From IMG/VR virus record IMGVR_UViG_3300025030_000050, positions 32,001 through 96,000 of that record: a stretch of 64,000 nt of DNA; one strand, written 5' to 3'. The notes below the pieces were generated by a model. The model made no database searches, was not told the origin of the DNA, and worked only from the letters and a program-made list of their open reading frames with translations. The stretch comes from a virus. Shown in pieces: positions 39,088 through 46,925 of the stretch (position 1 is its first letter; each line of letters opens with the position of its first letter). The translations under genes and the position numbers were made by a program.

Positions 39088-39713
39088 TTTTCTCCCCTAT
39101 TCCAAATTGCCGAAAACTCTTTATCTACTTCAACTGTCCCCAAATGTTTATTTGTACAACTCGTATCTATAAATATTTTATAGCCAGCTTGTTTAACTAA
39201 ATTACAAAAATAAACGTCTTCACCAATATCGAATTGAATGTTAGGATCTGGATTTTTCATAAAAGAAAAATAAGGCTTTTTAATTTTGTTGAAAACATCC
39301 ATATTAACTAATAAACATGCTGCGCCAACACTATCTACTTCAATTAACTCATTCTCTGGGACATTATCTATCGTTTTATAATTGTTTATCATACCATTAA
39401 AAGCACAGACTGAATATGGTGTAGTCCTCATAAAAGACAACCCAGATACAATAGGTAAGTTGTGTGAAAGTAACTTAATTATTGTATCTGGGTTATGTCG
39501 ATGGTCTACATCAAGAAAAAGTATGTGCGTACAGTTGTATTTTTGTGCGGCGTCAACTAATTGATTTCTCATTGATGCCAGTCCTTGATAACCACCAGCT
39601 CTAAAAAATACGTGATTATCAGGCTTGCGCATAGCCATGAACGATTCAAAAAATTCAACTGGTACTGTATTGTGTGTTAATGGCACTCCTATAGCTAATT
39701 TTACGTCTTTCAT
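39084..39713 (-). CDS. GT-A glycosyltransferase (paralogue 2)
   Basis: RNQLV..A, THILFLDVD, GAACLL, GEDVYFC, HLG. Confidence 0.85.
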   Translation of the reverse strand: MKDVKLAIGVPLTHNTVPVEFFESFMAMRKPDNHVFFRAGGYQGLASMRNQLVDAAQKYNCTHILFLDVDHRHNPDTIIKLLSHNLPIVSGLSFMRTTPYSVCAFNGMINNYKTIDNVPENELIEVDSVGAACLLVNMDVFNKIKKPYFSFMKNPDPNIQFDIGEDVYFCNLVKQAGYKIFIDTSCTNKHLGTVEVDKEFSAIWNRGEK

Positions 39714-39744
39714 TTTTCTCCCGATAATGAATGTTTTATTTTTC

Positions 39745-39771
39745 TTATCGGAAAATTATAAAAAGACTTTA
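39745..39771 (-). promoter_or_regulatory. sigma28-type promoter for the glycosyltransferase cluster
   Basis: TAAA-GTCTTTTTATAATTT-TCCGATAA. Confidence 0.7.
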
Positions 39772-40188
39772 ACTTTTTTGAATAACAACGTTAAATTCGA
39801 TTGAGTAAACCCAAGATTCATCTTCTTCTATCCAAAACGGGCCAAATATATTCTTTAACCCCATTCTATGACTATTATATCCTGTTATAGATAATTTATA
39901 ATTATTAAACTGAGTAATTAAATAGCCTAAAATCGTACCTGCTTCAGAAGAAGAATTTATTGTATTAGAATGAATATTAAATTGGCAAGTGATGTCATCA
40001 ATCGCTTGTGTCTGATCAGAAACTGAATTAAAAAAACAGTCATAAGAATGGTTAAATAAAAAATATCTAACAAATGGAAAGACTGGAACTTGTGGGGCCT
40101 TTACAAAATATAACCTGCTACCTATAGATGTATTAAAATTACTAGAAGCCGTTCCCCTTGAATAAATTGCAGTAGAAATAGAATTCAT
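39769..40188 (-). CDS. tail terminator / completion protein (DUF3168-like)
   Basis: AIY...R.Y...AP....P.V, QF.I.S; synteny. Confidence 0.75.
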   Translation of the reverse strand: MNSISTAIYSRGTASSNFNTSIGSRLYFVKAPQVPVFPFVRYFLFNHSYDCFFNSVSDQTQAIDDITCQFNIHSNTINSSSEAGTILGYLITQFNNYKLSITGYNSHRMGLKNIFGPFWIEEDESWVYSIEFNVVIQKS

Positions 40189-40655
40189 TATTTTCCTAAA
40201 TATTTTTTAAATATATTTAAAATTTCAGATGTATTTTGCTTTAACTGTGGTCTCAAAAATGGCCTTTTAGCAGAATACCATGTCAGGCCCAACTCATGTC
40301 TGACACCGTTATCATTTGTAGTTCCAACTCTCCCAAAAATTGCTTGGATATTGTTACCATAAATAATTGGGCTTATTTTGCTATCTCCACTTTCTGCCCC
40401 ACCACTTTCTCCCCCAGATGTCACCCAAGAAATAGACCCGTTCAAATCACCAGTATCTGGAGCAGGAGGAACACCAGGGACAGAAGCTTGATGCAAACCT
40501 TGTCCTGGGACTTTAGATGGCCACATTCTGCCCGTACCTTCAATCATAGAATCTCTAACATTAGCTGTCACGGCGACACAGCTTTCTTTAATTGCTTCTT
40601 CGCCAATAGTTTTAACAGCAGCCAAAACCTTGTCGTCAAACCAAACAGCTTTCAT
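40188..40655 (-). CDS. HK97 gp10-like tail completion protein
   Basis: H.AS.PG.PPA.DTG.L..SI, VGT, E.G, RPFLRP. Confidence 0.85.
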   Translation of the reverse strand: MKAVWFDDKVLAAVKTIGEEAIKESCVAVTANVRDSMIEGTGRMWPSKVPGQGLHQASVPGVPPAPDTGDLNGSISWVTSGGESGGAESGDSKISPIIYGNNIQAIFGRVGTTNDNGVRHELGLTWYSAKRPFLRPQLKQNTSEILNIFKKYLGK

Positions 40656-40969
40656 TCTACTTTCTTCAATTCTAATGATAGCGTAATATTCTTATTGGCG
40701 AGATTATCTACAAAATTTATTTGATATAATATACCATCACAAAATGCCCTATCTTTCTCTGTTACAACAATATCTTTTGGAAAATCACAGTTAAAATAAT
40801 GCGTAGAAATAGTTTTTGTCGAATCGTTGACAAATCTTTCCCTGGCTTTAAAAGCAATAAGAGTCCCTTTTAAAGTCTTAATGCCATACCAAGACGTTGT
40901 GTAACCACCCATTCCATCAGAAACAGATGTCTGTCTATGTATTTCTAATTTGACTTTATGGCCAACCAT
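40652..40969 (-). CDS. head closure / head-tail adaptor
   Basis: DGMGG....W, E......STH, DR......Y.I..V. Confidence 0.85.
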   Translation of the reverse strand: MVGHKVKLEIHRQTSVSDGMGGYTTSWYGIKTLKGTLIAFKARERFVNDSTKTISTHYFNCDFPKDIVVTEKDRAFCDGILYQINFVDNLANKNITLSLELKKVE

Positions 40970-40971
40970 TA

Positions 40972-42129
40972 CTATACCTTGCGTTTTTTATATCTTTCAA
41001 GAATCATTTTAGCTTCTTTTGGAAAATCTCCAGCTTCAAAAACAGATAAAACAGAATTATTACCAACCCTATATTGAGTTAGGCCAAACCCATCTTCATT
41101 CCTTCTATTGTAAAAATACTTCACCAATATTTTTACCGCCAGTTGCAAATTTTTCGGCATATTGTCAGCAGAATACCCAGCAGTATAATCAACATAGATA
41201 TTTCTAAAACCTTCTGGCCATCCACCAAATTTCCGAATTTGAGCTTTATCTAAATCAACATAAAAACTATCTTCATGATCGTCTGTTTTATATAAATCAA
41301 CCCAATTACTGTCTATCACATTTAGCCCATACACAGGAATCAATTCTGTGGACTTAACGCTACCGTAGACAGACGAAAGAATTTCTGCTTCCCATCCATT
41401 GCCTAAGGCGTTAATCGCGGCTACAACAGCCGTTACAGTAGTATTAGAGGCAAATGTAACAGAAGTATCGGCAGTACCATCTAAAACAAGTCTTAACCCA
41501 GTTGTAGTAACAGAGACAGTTGCTGTTGATGTTGAGTTAGTGTTTCTGACTTTCATTACTCCAATTATCCATACCGCAACTCTATCTACTGCTGTTATGG
41601 GATAATTGTTTAAATTAATTATAGAACCGCCGCTACTATCGTACCTTTCCAATCTATAACTTGTTTCTTCAAATACGCGTCTACAATAATCAGAAACAAG
41701 TCCTTCAACATCTTCTCTGATTATATCAACTATCAGAGTTGGATCTCCGGCTTCAATATCTGAGACTATAGTTTGAGCCGCACTTTTATTGCTATCAAGT
41801 CCAAGTGTAAGTCCGGCGTCAGAACTTGTATGAGTATAAGCAATTGTCTTGCCCGTTCCAGCATTTATAGTAAAAAGTCTTGTTGTAGAAGAATATGATA
41901 CAGCAAATGTTATTACACCTGTGCCGGTCAAAGTAGTGTTTGCGTTCATTTGAGTCTGAAGATGAGAGGCTAGCCCAGATCCATCATATGTACCATCACT
42001 CAAATCTATATTTACTGGACCACCACTAGAACTAGTAAGATTAAGAGTGTTATTCGCTTTAGTTATTGTAAAATATCCTTTATCAATATCTAAAAATGTA
42101 AGACAATCATCTAAACTTACAATGGCCAT
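40972..42129 (-). CDS. head-tail connector (gp6/gp15-like) with two inserted domains
   Basis: YCRR.F, YPI..V, NI.V.YTAGY...P..L..A, L..YK core plus two insertions. Confidence 0.8.
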   Translation of the reverse strand: MAIVSLDDCLTFLDIDKGYFTITKANNTLNLTSSSGGPVNIDLSDGTYDGSGLASHLQTQMNANTTLTGTGVITFAVSYSSTTRLFTINAGTGKTIAYTHTSSDAGLTLGLDSNKSAAQTIVSDIEAGDPTLIVDIIREDVEGLVSDYCRRVFEETSYRLERYDSSGGSIINLNNYPITAVDRVAVWIIGVMKVRNTNSTSTATVSVTTTGLRLVLDGTADTSVTFASNTTVTAVVAAINALGNGWEAEILSSVYGSVKSTELIPVYGLNVIDSNWVDLYKTDDHEDSFYVDLDKAQIRKFGGWPEGFRNIYVDYTAGYSADNMPKNLQLAVKILVKYFYNRRNEDGFGLTQYRVGNNSVLSVFEAGDFPKEAKMILERYKKRKV

Positions 42130-42141
42130 AATTTTACCTAA

Positions 42142-42456
42142 TTATTCTTGATCTACAAATTTATTATAAAGACTCATGTGCTCTTCAGTCAAAAAATCTT
42201 TTTCTTTACAAACTTTTAATCTGCCTTTAATTATATTTAAAACATTTTTAGGAATATAAAATTCTTTTTCAGAATCATTAGTCCATTTAACTTCTCCATC
42301 TTCTTGATGGGTTATTGAGTACAAGTCATGCTCATCTTCAGTAAAAGACAAATATCTTAGACAATCTTGATACATACCATAAATAGTCATGTCCACTTCT
42401 TGAGGCAATAAATTTAAAAGCAAGATCCTATCAAAAACACTCAACTTAATCAACAT
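42142..42456 (-). CDS. hypothetical protein
   Basis: L.V..R..LLN.LP...LSFT..E...W...LY.KFV; SD GGGAG. Confidence 0.7.
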   Translation of the reverse strand: MLIKLSVFDRILLLNLLPQEVDMTIYGMYQDCLRYLSFTEDEHDLYSITHQEDGEVKWTNDSEKEFYIPKNVLNIIKGRLKVCKEKDFLTEEHMSLYNKFVDQE

Positions 42457-42477
42457 TTAAATCTCTCCCGTCTAAAG

Positions 42478-42870
42478 TTATGGCGAAACTGAAATCGTGA
42501 CTTTCTTTTCAGGGTTAACGTAGAAATTGATTGGCTTAATGATACGGTCATGAGCCACCCATTTTACCTCAGTTGAATAATCACTTTCGTAACCATAGAC
42601 ATCATAAGCTGTGGCGGCGAAATAATAGGTTGTTCCAACAACAAGATCCCCTACTGAGCCCTCAACATGACCATCCACCATTGTGCCCATTTTCTGGTCA
42701 ACATCTAAAGTGTATTTTTTTGACGCTGTGCCATAGTAGATCTTATACCCGGCAAGGCTGGTCTCTGCATTTGGAGACCAAGAGAACCTTGCCTCGGCAG
42801 CAAAAGCATAACTGGATAAGAATAAAACAAAAATAGTCGCAAAACAAATTTTCTTTAACATAATTTTCAC
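42478..42870 (-). CDS. secreted fibronectin type III domain protein
   Basis: Signal peptide ending AFA|AE; W.PN.E..LAGYKIYYG, TYYFAATAYD..G.ES.YS.E. Confidence 0.85.
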   Translation of the reverse strand: MKIMLKKICFATIFVLFLSSYAFAAEARFSWSPNAETSLAGYKIYYGTASKKYTLDVDQKMGTMVDGHVEGSVGDLVVGTTYYFAATAYDVYGYESDYSTEVKWVAHDRIIKPINFYVNPEKKVTISVSP

Positions 42871-43478
42871 CTTGGATTAAATCTCTCCCAATATGTTTGA
42901 TCTATTTCAATTGTACCTAAATGTTTGTTATCACAACCGGTATCACAATATATTTTATATCCAGCCTGTTTAGCCTTTAAACAAAATGCAAAATCTTCAC
43001 TTACAACACCGTCGCCAAACCTATAATTCATTTCGAACCAAGGATAATTAATTTCTTTAAAAACACTGACATCAACCAATAATGAAGCAGCTCCAATAGC
43101 ATCTACTTCAATTAATTCATTTTTATTCCATTGTATTATATTCTTGAATTTATCACCATCTTGTTCGAATATAATTGGGTCATATGGATAAGAACGCCTA
43201 AAAGATAAACCAGATACAATATCTTTATCATGTGACAATAATTTAAGGATGGTATCGGAATGATGTCTATGATCTGTATCAAGGAACAATATATGGCTAA
43301 ATGTCCCATCTTTAAGAACGGCATGAATTATTGAATTTCGTTGATCGTCTACTCTTCCCCTATTCCCAATTATTACACTATGTTGGGGTTTCTTCAACTC
43401 TATCCATGATTCAAAAAATTTGGTCGATAAAAAATCCCAGTTGCAAGGAAGACCAATGGCGATGTTAATATTACCCAT
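42867..43478 (-). CDS. GT-A glycosyltransferase (paralogue 1)
   Basis: RN.II..., SHILFLDTD, GAASLL, SEDFAFC, HLG. Confidence 0.85.
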   Translation of the reverse strand: MGNINIAIGLPCNWDFLSTKFFESWIELKKPQHSVIIGNRGRVDDQRNSIIHAVLKDGTFSHILFLDTDHRHHSDTILKLLSHDKDIVSGLSFRRSYPYDPIIFEQDGDKFKNIIQWNKNELIEVDAIGAASLLVDVSVFKEINYPWFEMNYRFGDGVVSEDFAFCLKAKQAGYKIYCDTGCDNKHLGTIEIDQTYWERFNPR

Positions 43479-44206
43479 TACAAACACCAGCTAATTGCTA
43501 GTTCCGGGAAGTTTAATTTATGAGGCAATCCTTCTCTTATAATAAATTTATCTCTTGCTAATGCTGCATCTTTAGCAGTTTTAAATGTTGTTTTGTTAAA
43601 TACTGTCTTCCCATCATTTCTTACAATTGCAGAAAAAGATTTTCTCTCCGGTTTATAAGACACCCCACAATATCCAGAAGTGTTATTCGACTGTAATAAT
43701 CTTTTATTAAATCCATTCTCTCTTATAGTTATAAATCTACAATTCCAAGGAGCATAAGGACCATCATTATCGATTCGATCTAATTGAAGACCTTCTTCCC
43801 ATCCATTATTTAAACACCAATCATTAAACACGGGGAATTCAAACACCCATTCACTACATACATAAATTCCACGCCCACCATAACTGTCATACGATCCATT
43901 ATTCACATTTGAACATCTACTATTGATATGTTTCCAAAGTGAATAAATTTTATTCCTTGATTTTCTTCCACCCATCCCATGAATTGTGGATCTCTCTACT
44001 AATTTCTCTATTTTAAGACAGCCGCAAGATTGTGATTTCCCACTCCTCAAAACTTGTAAATTAACTAATTTAATTGTCTCTTTATCACATAAACATTTTA
44101 CAACGACTAGCCTACCTTGCCTCTGACTATATGGCAAATCAGCATAAATTACAACCCATCTTCCATAAACGCATCCCAAAACATATTCTTTTACATTATT
44201 ACTCAT
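43478..44206 (-). mobile_element. HNH-AP2 homing endonuclease
   Basis: SCGC, RC......Y..YGGRGI.VC.EW, LDRIDNDG.Y.P.NCR, N.SGY.GV, AA.ARD, LNFP; SD AGGAGG. Confidence 0.9.
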
Positions 44207-44231
44207 AGTATTCCTCCTATACAATCCATAA

Positions 44232-44292
44232 TATATTGAGAGAAGAGGTGGATTAAATCTCTTGTCGGGTGCGCTCCCTATCCCTCAATATA
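44232..44292 (-). ncRNA. three-way-junction RNA motif copy B (HNH leader)
   Basis: UAUAUUGAGGGA-UA-GGG(AGCGCA)CCC-GACA-AGAG(AUUUAAUCCAC)CUCU-UCUCUCAAUAUA. Confidence 0.65.
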
Positions 44293-44300
44293 ACTATATT

Positions 44301-44618
44301 CTAACTTGCGTAAACCACTAATCCTTTGATTACATGGAGATTTGTTACGGCACCACTGGCAAAATCAGCACCAGCAGTTGAACCGACTGTATAGGCTGCT
44401 ACATTTAAACTTGTCCCCATATCGGCTGAACCCACCACGATCAGTTTATCAGCGGACTGATCCCAAAGCATGTATTTGCCAGTAGTATCGCCATAACATT
44501 TAAAATCCAAACCAGTAGCGTCTTCCCCTAAAACAATACCAGTTGTTGCACCAGTACCTACTTTCTTAAAAATTAGGCTTCCACTTGACCATTCTGATTT
44601 AACTAAAGTAACGGGCAT
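44301..44618 (-). CDS. head fibre / decoration-like protein
   Basis: G.D.TG.D...YGDT.G.YMLWD.SAD.L motif; position after capsid genes. Confidence 0.6.
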   Translation of the reverse strand: MPVTLVKSEWSSGSLIFKKVGTGATTGIVLGEDATGLDFKCYGDTTGKYMLWDQSADKLIVVGSADMGTSLNVAAYTVGSTAGADFASGAVTNLHVIKGLVVYAS

Positions 44619-44669
44619 AATTATATCCTCCTAATCCATACAAATGTTTATCAGCGGTGGTTCCGCATT

Positions 44670-44891
44670 CTACTTCTTATTCTTGCCTTTCTTAACTTTT
44701 GGGTCTTTTACCATCTTATCTTTTATCGGAAAGTCTAACGACTTATTCTCTATTTTAGAATCGAGAATAACAACGATACCTTTACTTTCCAAATCCAATG
44801 CTTTCTGTTTTAATATAGTCATTTTCATTGGGGCTTTATTCCCCATCCACTCCCCAATGAATTCTACTTTTACATATTCTAATTTATTCAT
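44670..44891 (-). CDS. small head-completion protein
   Basis: A..L...G...P..DKMVK pattern typical downstream of HK97 capsids. Confidence 0.55.
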   Translation of the reverse strand: MNKLEYVKVEFIGEWMGNKAPMKMTILKQKALDLESKGIVVILDSKIENKSLDFPIKDKMVKDPKVKKGKNKK

Positions 44892-44909
44892 TTTCTCCCT
44901 GCTTTAAAG

Positions 44910-44941
44910 ACAAAGCTTGAGTGAAATATCTCAAGCTTTGT
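44910..44941 (-). terminator. terminator after capsid/decoration genes
   Basis: ACAAAGCTTGAG-N8-CTCAAGCTTTGT. Confidence 0.65.
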
Positions 44942-44954
44942 TTAAATCAATAAA

Positions 44955-45440
44955 TTAAACAATGGCTGTTGGTTTTACTTCTTGGATAATCTTACCACCA
45001 CCAAGAATACATACAATTGTCCCATCTACTGGGTCATCAGTAGTTTCATCAGTGGCGAGCCTTGCATATTTATCAGTACCAGAAAGTCTAGAACTATCGA
45101 TCTCAATCGCATAAATTTGGTCGCTACCAGCAGTAGTTGTGAACCCATACGCAGTAGCTGTCTGCATATCAGACCAAGTATCACCACTAGTACAAGTCCA
45201 ATAATTAAATGCTACAGTTGTCGCAGTTGAAGGCGTAACATCATCACAACTTTCAACACTGATACGTGCAACACCAGTAGAACCAGCCGCTTTTTGAATT
45301 ACCCAAAGACACTGTTCGTATTTGCCAAGATTAACAATATCCGTATTAGGACTACCATTAAACAAATCCTCATAAGCTGCTTGACTAGCACTAGGCATGG
45401 CGTTTACAACATGAACATTCTGAAAAAGTCTTCCACCCAT
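44955..45440 (-). CDS. capsid decoration / cement protein
   Basis: Immediately after MCP; beta-rich; D.V....Y, Y.RL. Confidence 0.65.
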   Translation of the reverse strand: MGGRLFQNVHVVNAMPSASQAAYEDLFNGSPNTDIVNLGKYEQCLWVIQKAAGSTGVARISVESCDDVTPSTATTVAFNYWTCTSGDTWSDMQTATAYGFTTTAGSDQIYAIEIDSSRLSGTDKYARLATDETTDDPVDGTIVCILGGGKIIQEVKPTAIV

Positions 45441-45484
45441 AATTTATACCTCCATATTTATATTATAAAATTATACCCCCTACG

Positions 45485-45569
45485 ATATTAATAAAATGTG
45501 GAAGCTAAGACGGGAGATTTCTTAGCTTATCAACTTTAGTTTAAAACCAAAGCCTATCCACACTAATAT
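45485..45569 (-). ncRNA. three-way-junction RNA motif copy C (no HNH downstream)
   Basis: UGUGGA-UA-GGCUUUGGU(UUUAA)ACUAAAGUU-GAUA-AGCUAAGA(AAUCUCCCG)UCUUAGCU-UCCACA. Confidence 0.6.
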
Positions 45570-45571
45570 TA

Positions 45572-46852
45572 TTAACTTCTTGAAGTAATTACAATAAACG
45601 GAGAAATTGTGTCAGAACTGGCCTCTGGAGGCACCAATGCCTGCGGCATCCAGCTTTGACCAGCAACGTAAAAGCGCCACCGATATGCCATCTGATCAAC
45701 GTCGAATTTTAGGTGCATAGAAGTGTCAAAACCAATACCACCATCACCACTAAGCATACCGAGTAGATACTGTTTCATGTCAGCAAGAATCAAATCGCCA
45801 GCAGTGCCTAAAGCTTTTGCATGGTGGCTAAAAACAACAGGGAGCCCAAACAACGTATTATACGGTTTCCCACTAGCCCCACCCGCTGGCATAAATACAG
45901 GGACACCAGCGGTGCCTACAGTTAGAGACATGCTTGCAAGCTGAGGAAGAGTATTGGGGTTGGCAATCCAAACAGCATTAGATGGATTAATGCAACGCGC
46001 ATACATTTTAATAACATTTTCCCAAACAATGGTCGTAGCTGGTTGACCAGTCTCAGCAGTGATAGAGACAAGACAAGGGGCAGAGAGTAACCCCTGTGGC
46101 TGGCCAGCGCCAGTACCTTTAAGGATAACCCTGTTCATTTCATAATTAAAACCATCAGTAAACCCTTCACGCAATATATTCTCCATACTCATAGGAGAAA
46201 AGCGAAGAATTTCATCACTAGCATAGGCAAGAGCTGTTACTTTATGAAGATTTAGATTAATATAACCAAACTTGATATTCTTTTCAGTAAGAGACCCTTC
46301 CTCTTCAGTCCATTGCCAAGCAACGTTACCATATACCAAGTTCCCAGATTTATCGAAACCATTGACATAAGGAATTTTTACAGAATTTGACTGCATAGGA
46401 ATTTGAGTACACCGACCCATCAACTCATTCTGTTCTTTAGCCGCAACAAGAAGGTTTTGCCGAAATTCTTCAGGAACCAGATAACCACCGGCTTCGCCGT
46501 CACCAACATTCTGAGAAGGAGAACCAGCAGCTTTAATGGTTGCACAATTATCTTCCCATTTAGAAAGTTCTGGAGAGAGTTTACGATATCCAGACTGAGC
46601 AGCTTTAGCAACATCAGTTGCAAAGTGGGCAAGTGTTTTAAACCCAGCCTTCTTATCTTTTTCTGCTTCACTCTGACCAACCACAATACGTTTTTCAATC
46701 GGCTCTACTGCGGCTTTAATTTTTGCATCAATTTCAAGAGCAAGCGATTCTTTAAACTTAAGAACAGCGCCTTCAACTACGGAAGCAGCACCCTTGCTGA
46801 TAACTTCATTAAGTTCATCAATAGTCATCTTACTTTTAGTTTCTTCAGCCAT
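45572..46852 (-). CDS. major capsid protein, HK97 fold
   Basis: Delta domain, GGYLVPEE, W..E, GTG.GQP.G, LFG.PV. Confidence 0.95.
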   Translation of the reverse strand: MAEETKSKMTIDELNEVISKGAASVVEGAVLKFKESLALEIDAKIKAAVEPIEKRIVVGQSEAEKDKKAGFKTLAHFATDVAKAAQSGYRKLSPELSKWEDNCATIKAAGSPSQNVGDGEAGGYLVPEEFRQNLLVAAKEQNELMGRCTQIPMQSNSVKIPYVNGFDKSGNLVYGNVAWQWTEEEGSLTEKNIKFGYINLNLHKVTALAYASDEILRFSPMSMENILREGFTDGFNYEMNRVILKGTGAGQPQGLLSAPCLVSITAETGQPATTIVWENVIKMYARCINPSNAVWIANPNTLPQLASMSLTVGTAGVPVFMPAGGASGKPYNTLFGLPVVFSHHAKALGTAGDLILADMKQYLLGMLSGDGGIGFDTSMHLKFDVDQMAYRWRFYVAGQSWMPQALVPPEASSDTISPFIVITSRS

Positions 46853-46925
46853 TTTATTTTATCCTCCAAATTTTATTTTATGTTTAATAATCGCCTAATA
46901 TCTCTTGTATGATATCTCTAGCAAT

